A stretch of DNA of 64,000 nucleotides, from assembly GCA_902537235.1 (NCBI GenBank), contig CACBAO010000005.1:19951-83950 (forward strand). The letters are read 5' to 3'. Within the stretch, counting starts at the first letter, position 1. Each line of letters starts with the position of its first letter. Both the position numbers and the translations under genes were made by a program. Origin of the DNA: an uncultured Alphaproteobacteria bacterium (GTDB lineage: Bacteria > Pseudomonadota > Alphaproteobacteria > Rhodobacterales > Rhodobacteraceae). The notes below the pieces were generated by a model, which saw nothing but the letters and a program-made list of their open reading frames with translations, was not told the DNA's origin and made no database searches. Shown in pieces: positions 26,974-34,330 of this stretch.

Positions 26974-27846
26974 ATGTTAGAAAATGAAGAAATTGAAGAA
27001 CCTACAATCAAGCCTGTTAAAGAAATTTTTCAGACATTCTTCAAGAGTTACTCAGCAGTTACAGGACTGATTATTCTTATTGGTATCGCAGTGATGGGCT
27101 TTATAGGACCAATATTTTATCCTACTGACCCCTTTGATATGGTATGGATGCCATTTTCGCCTCCAGGAGCCGATGGGTTTCTGTTAGGAACAGATTATTT
27201 AGGTCGTGATATCTTATCCCAAATTATCAACGGTGCACGCGTTTCGATAGCAATAGGTTTTTCTGCGGCTTTGGTTTCGTGTTTTATAGGGGTGGGTATA
27301 GGCTCATTCGCTGGGTTTTATGGCGGTTGGGTCGAAGAAACATTAATGAGAATAACTGAGTTTTTTCAAGTTTTACCAACCTTATTATTTGCTATGGTAA
27401 TCGTGGCGCTATTTGGCTCATCAGTACTTTCTATAACTCTAGCGATAGGAGCAGTTAGCTGGGCTAGTGTTGCTAGAATTACAAGATCAGAGTTTTTAAG
27501 AATAAAGGAGCTAGACTTTGTCTTAGCCTCACGCTCCTCTGGGAGCAATAATATGGCTTTAATTTTCAAAGTTATTTTACCCAACGCGGCAGCGCCAATA
27601 ATTGTACAATCAGCATTGTTGGTAGGAGCGGCAATTACATTTGAGGCAGGCTTAGCTTTTCTAGGTTTGTCAGACCCAAATGTCATAAGTTGGGGTCAGG
27701 TGATTGGATCTAACAGAGTGTATATTCTTGATGCAACATATACTGTTACATTTCCAGGAGTAGCAATTTTTATAACAGTGCTCGCTATATCTCTTGTAGG
27801 TGATGGTCTTAATGATGCGTTAAACCCAAAACTTAGGTCAAGGTAA
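26974..27846 (+). CDS. ABC transporter permease (DppC/OppC type)
   Basis: LLGTDYLGRDILSQII, VLASRSSGSNNMALIFKVILPN and GDGLNDALNPKLR are present. Confidence 0.9.
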   Translation: MLENEEIEEPTIKPVKEIFQTFFKSYSAVTGLIILIGIAVMGFIGPIFYPTDPFDMVWMPFSPPGADGFLLGTDYLGRDILSQIINGARVSIAIGFSAALVSCFIGVGIGSFAGFYGGWVEETLMRITEFFQVLPTLLFAMVIVALFGSSVLSITLAIGAVSWASVARITRSEFLRIKELDFVLASRSSGSNNMALIFKVILPNAAAPIIVQSALLVGAAITFEAGLAFLGLSDPNVISWGQVIGSNRVYILDATYTVTFPGVAIFITVLAISLVGDGLNDALNPKLRSR

Positions 27847-29648
27847 TGGAAGACCTAGTTTCAATAAATAATCTGAATATAGAGGCAAGGACAAGAGCCG
27901 GCACGCTAAAAGTGGTAAATGATCTCTCTTTTACGATAAAAAAAAGTGAGACTTTGTGTGTTGTCGGAGAGTCTGGATGTGGAAAATCGGTAACAGCATT
28001 GTCCTTGATGAGCTTATTACCTGAGGGAATATTAAACGTTTCGTCAGGAGATATCTTATTCGACAATACTAACCTAGCTCAATTATCAGAGGCAGAGATT
28101 GAGGGTATAAGAGGCAATGACATTTCAATGATATTTCAGGAGCCGATGACTTCTCTCAATCCTCTTTTTACAGTTGGAGAACAGGTTTCAGAAGTTATCA
28201 GACGGCATAAAAATCTCAATAAAGAAAAAGCATGGGTGAGTGCAGTAGAATTACTAGATGCTGTAAAAATTCCTAATCCAGATAAAAGAGCTTTTGATTA
28301 TCCTTTTCAGCTTTCTGGTGGACAACGACAAAGAGTTATGATCGCAATTGCGTTGGCGTGTCAGCCAAAAATCTTGATCGCGGATGAGCCAACAACAGCA
28401 TTAGATGTGACCATTCAAGCAGAAATACTTGCTTTGATTAATATGCTCAAACAAGAAACAGGTACTGCAGTAATGTTTATTACGCACGACATGGCGGTTG
28501 TAGCCCAAATGGCGGATCGTGTTGTTGTTATGCATCCAGGTAAAAAAGTCGAAGAGGGGACAGTACATGAGATTTTTAATAATCCTCAGCATGAGTACAC
28601 GAAGTCCCTCTTAGCGGCAGTTCCAAAACTCGGAGAGATGGCGAGCAAGAAATACCCTGAACCCATGCGGTTAGTAGGAGAGAAAAAGACAAAGGCCCTA
28701 AAACCTATTGTTGGCACAAATGAGCCCCTACTTGAAGTGAATAATTTGGTAACCCGCTACCCGGTCAAAGGGGGTGTATTGAGACGAACGGTGGCACGTG
28801 TTCACGCTGTTGAAGACGTATCTTTTACTATCATGAAAGGAAAGACACTTTCGCTTGTCGGTGAATCAGGGTGTGGTAAGTCAACGGTGGGACGCTCACT
28901 CATTCGATTGGTAGAGCCTACATCAGGGGATGTGAATTTAGACGGTCAGAATATACTATCACTTAATCAAAAGGATATGCGGGAAGCCCGTAGTAATATC
29001 CAGATGGTCTTTCAAGATCCTTTCTCATCATTAAATCCGCAACGACCACTTTTTGATCAAGTAGCGGAGCCGTTGCGTAATTATGGGACGGTTAAGCGTG
29101 AAATATTGCAAGAGAAGATTGGCGATCTCTTTGATCGTGTAAAATTACCACGAAGTTTTATGCAGCGCTATCCACATCAACTTTCGGGTGGTCAGCGTCA
29201 GCGGATAGCAATTGCACGTGCGCTAGCGCTTAACCCTAAGCTTATCATAGCAGATGAAGCAGTGAGTGCATTGGATGTATCGGTGCAAGCTCAAGTCTTA
29301 AACTTAATGATGGAACTCCAGGTTGATTTGGGTCTTTCCTTTTTATTCATCAGCCATGATATGGCGGTTGTTGAGCGGGTAAGCCATGATGTTGGTGTTA
29401 TGTACTTAGGACGCTTGGTAGAGATCGGTCCTAGGCAAGCTATTTTTCGTAATCCACAACATCCTTATACACAGGATTTATTAAAAGCTGTACCTATTGC
29501 GGATCCGGATAAGAGGAAGTCCGAAAGAGATCTAAACTTTAAACCGCTTCCATCACCTATTCATGATTTGAACTATAAGGCTGAACCATCTGTATATAGA
29601 AAAGTGGCTAAAGACCACTATGTGTTAACAACGGATTGTGGGTATTAA
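27846..29648 (+). CDS. fused double-NBD ABC ATPase (DppD-DppF / GsiA-like)
   Basis: Two Walker A motifs (GESGCGKS twice), two LSGGQRQR signatures and oligopeptide-type C-terminal regions. The start overlaps the permease stop. Confidence 0.9.
   Translation: MEDLVSINNLNIEARTRAGTLKVVNDLSFTIKKSETLCVVGESGCGKSVTALSLMSLLPEGILNVSSGDILFDNTNLAQLSEAEIEGIRGNDISMIFQEPMTSLNPLFTVGEQVSEVIRRHKNLNKEKAWVSAVELLDAVKIPNPDKRAFDYPFQLSGGQRQRVMIAIALACQPKILIADEPTTALDVTIQAEILALINMLKQETGTAVMFITHDMAVVAQMADRVVVMHPGKKVEEGTVHEIFNNPQHEYTKSLLAAVPKLGEMASKKYPEPMRLVGEKKTKALKPIVGTNEPLLEVNNLVTRYPVKGGVLRRTVARVHAVEDVSFTIMKGKTLSLVGESGCGKSTVGRSLIRLVEPTSGDVNLDGQNILSLNQKDMREARSNIQMVFQDPFSSLNPQRPLFDQVAEPLRNYGTVKREILQEKIGDLFDRVKLPRSFMQRYPHQLSGGQRQRIAIARALALNPKLIIADEAVSALDVSVQAQVLNLMMELQVDLGLSFLFISHDMAVVERVSHDVGVMYLGRLVEIGPRQAIFRNPQHPYTQDLLKAVPIADPDKRKSERDLNFKPLPSPIHDLNYKAEPSVYRKVAKDHYVLTTDCGY
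28400..29648 (+). repeat. copy A of a ~1.25-kb intragenomic duplicate shared by the two fused ABC ATPase genes (partner ~55176-56424, constant offset 26776 nt, no indels)
   Basis: Compared by eye: 29217-29636 is base-for-base identical to 55993-56412 (420 nt). Upstream, the copies differ at scattered, mostly third-codon positions. The 5' ~550 nt of the two genes are only distantly related. Confidence 0.9.
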
Positions 29649-29664
29649 AACTTAAATTGAGAAA

Positions 29665-30651
29665 GTGGATATAATGCAGAGTATGTTTAATAACATCAAT
29701 CGGGCTCGTGAAGTATTACAAGGACAAATTGTAAATACGCCAACGCTCAAACTGAATGAGGATGATATTCAAGAGATTCTTCCTCATAATGCTGATGTAT
29801 CTATAAAGCTGGAATTATTTCAGCAAACGGGCTCGTTTAAGGCGAGAGGTGTGGCTATCGGACTGGAAACTCTAGAGGAAGATAAAAAAGCTCAAGGTAT
29901 TGTAACCGTCACGGGAGGAAATCATGGCATCGCTACCGCTTGGGGTGCAAGTCAATACAATATTTCGGCAAAAATTATTATGCCAAAGACTGCAGACCCA
30001 TTTAGAATTGATAAATGCCGTAGCCTTGGCGCTCAAGTAATACTTGCTGAAAATGTTGATGATGCCTTTGCAAAATTAGATGAAATTGAAAAGGATGAAA
30101 ATCGTTTTGTGCTTCACCCATTTAATCAAGAAAACATGATAATTGGTTCAGCTACTTGTTGTGCTGAGATTATAGATCAGATGGGCGATATTGATATATT
30201 AATTATTCCAATCGGTGGAGGCGGACTGATAGGTGGTATGGCGCACTATCTTGAACAGATTAATGCGTCCGTTGAATTATTAGGGGTGGAGCCTACGGGA
30301 GCGGATAGTTTCGCACAAAGCTTGGAAAATGATAGTGCAGTAAGAATCAATAAAGTGAACACAATAGCCGACAGCTTAGGCGCTCCAATGGCCATGGACT
30401 TTTCTTTCAACATCGCAAAAAAGAGAGTAAATCAAGTTGAAAAAGTTACTGATAATGAAATACGCAGAGCAATGATTACCATGAGAGATAAGCTTGGATT
30501 TATTGTTGAACCTGCCTGTGCTACCTCTTTAGCTGGACTGTTAGAGCGATATAAAAAGAAATGTGAGGGTAAAAAAGTTGGAATAATTGCATGTGGCTCA
30601 AATATTTCATTCGAAAGATATAATGAAATATTAAAAGACTATAAAGACTAA
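29665..30651 (+). CDS. PLP-dependent serine/threonine dehydratase family enzyme (no ACT domain; could be a dehydratase or racemase)
   Basis: The PLP lysine motif SFKARG, GGNHG and a GGGGL glycine loop are present. Length is 328 aa. The start is GTG 29665 or ATG 29674. Confidence 0.8.
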   Translation: MDIMQSMFNNINRAREVLQGQIVNTPTLKLNEDDIQEILPHNADVSIKLELFQQTGSFKARGVAIGLETLEEDKKAQGIVTVTGGNHGIATAWGASQYNISAKIIMPKTADPFRIDKCRSLGAQVILAENVDDAFAKLDEIEKDENRFVLHPFNQENMIIGSATCCAEIIDQMGDIDILIIPIGGGGLIGGMAHYLEQINASVELLGVEPTGADSFAQSLENDSAVRINKVNTIADSLGAPMAMDFSFNIAKKRVNQVEKVTDNEIRRAMITMRDKLGFIVEPACATSLAGLLERYKKKCEGKKVGIIACGSNISFERYNEILKDYKD

Positions 30652-30884
30652 CTCCACCACCTAAATAATCCAATTATCGCAGCACAAGAGTAAAAGAATT
30701 GTAATAAAAGAATTCCACTATGACGATTTAAGTACGCCCATACTCCAATTGAAATAGCAGAAACTAATAGTAAGAAAAACCCTATAACCTCCAAACCGAG
30801 GTTCAATGCTACGAATACTGAATAGAAGATTGCTGTAATTACCCCTAGCCATTCAAAAATGTAATAATTTTTTTTTTTAATCAT
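30648..30884 (-). CDS. 78-aa three-TM membrane protein (PnuC-half / SemiSWEET-like pattern)
   Basis: Three hydrophobic helices. The pattern FEWLGVITAIFYSVFVA...GILLLQFFYSCAAIIGLFRWW resembles one triple-helix bundle of PnuC. The start overlaps the upstream ligase gene by 8 nt. Confidence 0.4.
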   Translation of the reverse strand: MIKKKNYYIFEWLGVITAIFYSVFVALNLGLEVIGFFLLLVSAISIGVWAYLNRHSGILLLQFFYSCAAIIGLFRWWS

Positions 30885-32547
30885 TAGGTTTTCTCTTTTT
30901 TAAATGAGTAAAGTTAAATACTCCGGTTAAATTTCTAGGATCAATTTCTGGTTCAAATATCTTATGTTTAACAACTTTTTGGGTTCCAGTTACGGGAAGA
31001 TCATCCATGAACAAGATATAGCCAGGGGCCTTGAAGTAAGCCATTTTTTCTAAGGCATGATTGAAAAGAATTTCTGCTACCTCTTTAGATTCCTTCTTGC
31101 CATCTTCAAGAACTACGCAGGCCATAACTTCTTCCTCTCTGATATCATCTTTCACTGCTATGCACGCAATCTTGGATACAATTTCTATTTCAAAGAGGCA
31201 GTTCTCGACTTCTGCTGCAGCAATATTTTCTCCAGCACGCCTAATAATGTTTTTTGCTCGATCAACAAAGTACAACATTCCCGTTTCATCCATAGTCACC
31301 GTATCACCAGTATGAAACCAACCACTTTTCCATGCTTCTTCTGTTTCTTTTTCTTTATTTAGATACCCACTAAAAGCTCCCGCTCTAGGTGTTTTCTCTG
31401 AATGCCTTACAACCATTTGACCTGGCATTCCTATCTCCACTTCCTGATCATTTTCATCTACTACTTTAACCTGAAGATCTTCTCGCGGTCTTCCCATTGC
31501 TCTGGTGTGTATCTGCCTCGGTTCCTCGTTATTATAGAGCACTCGACACATTTCCGTCATACCCCAGCATTCGATCAGTGGAATGCCAAATCGGGTCTCA
31601 AATTCTTGGTGCAAAGCTGGTTCGACTCCCGCGCCGAAGCCTACCCTCAATTTACTAAGAGATGCTTTTGTTGCAGACTGATCAGACAATAAAACAGCAA
31701 TAATAACACCTAAATAATGAAAAATTGTTGCTTCTGTCTCATTAATATCTTCCCACCAACTTGAAATACTGAAACGCTCTGGTTGAATGAGACTATTCCC
31801 TGTAAGCATGGCTGCAAAAAAAGTAACTATACCAGCATTTATGTGGTAGCTAGGCAAGGGGTTTAAAATCTTATCTTTTCCAAAAGACAAACTTATTGGC
31901 GTTCCAATATTTGCATAGACTTCGCCACACATTAGCTCATATTCATGGGATAATATGCATCCCTTAGGTCTTCCTGTTGTTCCTGAAGTATAGAGTAAAC
32001 TAGCTTCGGTGTTTCCGTGGACCTGTGCTCCACGATCAGATAAGGGCTTAAGTGTTTGAATAGTTTCAATTTCGTCATATGTAACTATTGGAACGGAAAG
32101 ATCTTTGTAGGCTATCGCTGTTTTGAGCTGTTTTTTGTAATGCTCTGCACAAATTGCTAAGACGGAACCACTATCTACCAGCAAATACGCTGTCTCGTCA
32201 GGAGAATAATCAGGATTTATAGGCACTACTGAAACTCCGATTTTATTAAGTGCTAGTTTGACAATATAATGTGCTGGAGTAGACCCTAGTAAAGTAGCAA
32301 CTCGCAAATTGTTGCCATAGCCATTATCTAAAAAAATAGTCGATATCTTATTAGCTTTCTCAAATGTTTCTTGATAAGAGAAAGTCGTCATACCTTTTTG
32401 ATTTCTTGAAGGAGATATTAAAAAGGGTGCAGAAGGTGTTTTTCTGCAAATATCTTCAAAGGATTTAAAAATGGTCAGATCTTGTTTATTCATTTGAAAA
32501 CTTCCAAACTTTAAATGATATCTATTGTTATTCTTACCTAACGGCAA
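30877..32547 (-). CDS. AMP-dependent acyl-CoA synthetase/ligase
   Basis: The AMP-binding motif LLYTSGTTGRPKG, GWFHTGD and the C-terminal GTQKVVKHK are present. Confidence 0.85.
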   Translation of the reverse strand: MPLGKNNNRYHLKFGSFQMNKQDLTIFKSFEDICRKTPSAPFLISPSRNQKGMTTFSYQETFEKANKISTIFLDNGYGNNLRVATLLGSTPAHYIVKLALNKIGVSVVPINPDYSPDETAYLLVDSGSVLAICAEHYKKQLKTAIAYKDLSVPIVTYDEIETIQTLKPLSDRGAQVHGNTEASLLYTSGTTGRPKGCILSHEYELMCGEVYANIGTPISLSFGKDKILNPLPSYHINAGIVTFFAAMLTGNSLIQPERFSISSWWEDINETEATIFHYLGVIIAVLLSDQSATKASLSKLRVGFGAGVEPALHQEFETRFGIPLIECWGMTEMCRVLYNNEEPRQIHTRAMGRPREDLQVKVVDENDQEVEIGMPGQMVVRHSEKTPRAGAFSGYLNKEKETEEAWKSGWFHTGDTVTMDETGMLYFVDRAKNIIRRAGENIAAAEVENCLFEIEIVSKIACIAVKDDIREEEVMACVVLEDGKKESKEVAEILFNHALEKMAYFKAPGYILFMDDLPVTGTQKVVKHKIFEPEIDPRNLTGVFNFTHLKKRKPND

Positions 32548-32647
32548 TAAGATTAATTAAAAGCTTTAATGGGGGAAAGACTTAATTACATTATATCTGA
32601 TTATGACTCCACTTTCTTATAATTGGAATTAAGTTTTAAAGGGATTT

Positions 32648-34330
32648 ATGAACAAAATTCAAAAGATCACAAAAGGGAAACGAGACTTTTTTTCCCCCAA
32701 GGGTAGGCAAGTGGATGATCTAGCTCTAGACAGGATTAAGTCCATCTTAGCTGACCTGGAAATAAGAAGAGATCTTCTTATAGAGGCACTGCACAAAGTT
32801 CAAGATGCTTATGGATACATCAGTGCTGAAGACATGGCGGCATTGGCAGATATTTTCAAATTATCTCAAGCTGAGGTTTATGAGGTAGGGAGTTTTTATC
32901 ATCATTTTAAAATCGTAAAAGAGGATGGAAAGAAACCCCATAAATCAAAATTAAGAATTTGTGATGGGTTATCATGTGAAATGGCTGGTGCACATGCACT
33001 TTTTGACTTAGTGAAAGACGAATTGTCAGCCGAAAAAATAGAGATTGAAAAAGTCCCCTGTATTGGTCGATGCGCCTCTGCACCAGCGGCGCGCTTCAAC
33101 AATTTACCTATCGATAATTTGAACATAAAAAAAGTTAAAGAAATACATCGCGGTGGAATGTCTTATGTCCTTAAGTTACCTCAATACGAGAATCTTAATG
33201 AGTATGTTAGTAGGGGTGGATACCGAACACTCAATAAAATCAAAAAAGGGGAACTAAAATCAGAGAACCTTATTAAATTGATTGCAGATTCAAAACTAAG
33301 AGGTTTAGGCGGTGCAGGGTTCCCCGCTGGTAAAAAATGGGAAATTGTTAGGTCTTTTGAGGGACCGCGTTTGATGACCGTGAACGGTGACGAAGGAGAG
33401 CCGGGCACATTTAAGGATAGGTTTTGGTTAGAAAGAAGACCGCATCAAATGTTGGAGGGGGCCTTGATTGCAGCTCATATCGTTGAATGTGAAAAAATTT
33501 ACATTTATATGCGTGATGAATATCCTGAGGTATTAGAAATATTAAAAAGAGAAATAAATTCAATTGAAAAAGAAAATATTGCGGATATTTCTATCGAATT
33601 AAGACGAGGCGCTGGTGCATATATTTGTGGCGAAGAAAGTGCCATGATAGAAAGCATTGAAGGTAAAAGGGGCTTGCCAAGACATAGACCACCATATATT
33701 GCTGAGGTCGGGTTATTTGGAAGACCTACGCTAAATCATAATATAGAGACTTTAAACTGGCTTCCCGATATAATTGAAAATGGGGTTGATTGGTTTAAAA
33801 GAAAGGGCTGGACTGAGGCTTATAGCGGCGTGCGATCTTTTTCAGTATCAGGTCGAGTAAAAATTCCTGGAGTAAAAATTGCTCCAGCGGGTATACCTCT
33901 TCAACAGCTAATAGTCGACTATTGTGGGGGAATGCAAGACGGACACACATTAAAGGCATTCTTCCCTGGTGGAGCATCCGGGGGAATACTTCCAGCCAAT
34001 CTAGCATCATTACCACTTGATTTCGGAATTTTTGAAGAGTATGGGGGCTTTATTGGCTCGCATGCGATAGTGATTTTATCTGATCAAGATAATATCAAAG
34101 AGGCAGCTTTGAACACAATGCGTTTTTTTAAGCATGAAAGCTGTGGGCAATGCACCCCATGTAGGTCTGGTACGGACAAAATGATTAGTCTACTAGAAGA
34201 TAACAATAAGGAATTAGATCTCTATAACGCTCTTATCAAGGTTATGAGTGACAGTTCAATTTGTGGGTTAGGCCAAGCGGCTAGCAACTGTGTATCTCAT
34301 CTTATTAAATATTTTCCAGAGGAGTTTTGA
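32648..34330 (+). CDS. fdsB: NAD-dependent formate dehydrogenase diaphorase subunit, fused gamma (NuoE-like) plus beta (NuoF-like)
   Basis: The N-terminal ~150 aa are NuoE-like (2Fe-2S Cys pattern CDGLSC...CIGRC). Then come NuoF-like GLGGAGFPAGKKWE, NGDEGEPGTFKDR, a YICGEESAMIESIEG FMN site and ESCGQCTPCR. Confidence 0.85.
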   Translation: MNKIQKITKGKRDFFSPKGRQVDDLALDRIKSILADLEIRRDLLIEALHKVQDAYGYISAEDMAALADIFKLSQAEVYEVGSFYHHFKIVKEDGKKPHKSKLRICDGLSCEMAGAHALFDLVKDELSAEKIEIEKVPCIGRCASAPAARFNNLPIDNLNIKKVKEIHRGGMSYVLKLPQYENLNEYVSRGGYRTLNKIKKGELKSENLIKLIADSKLRGLGGAGFPAGKKWEIVRSFEGPRLMTVNGDEGEPGTFKDRFWLERRPHQMLEGALIAAHIVECEKIYIYMRDEYPEVLEILKREINSIEKENIADISIELRRGAGAYICGEESAMIESIEGKRGLPRHRPPYIAEVGLFGRPTLNHNIETLNWLPDIIENGVDWFKRKGWTEAYSGVRSFSVSGRVKIPGVKIAPAGIPLQQLIVDYCGGMQDGHTLKAFFPGGASGGILPANLASLPLDFGIFEEYGGFIGSHAIVILSDQDNIKEAALNTMRFFKHESCGQCTPCRSGTDKMISLLEDNNKELDLYNALIKVMSDSSICGLGQAASNCVSHLIKYFPEEF

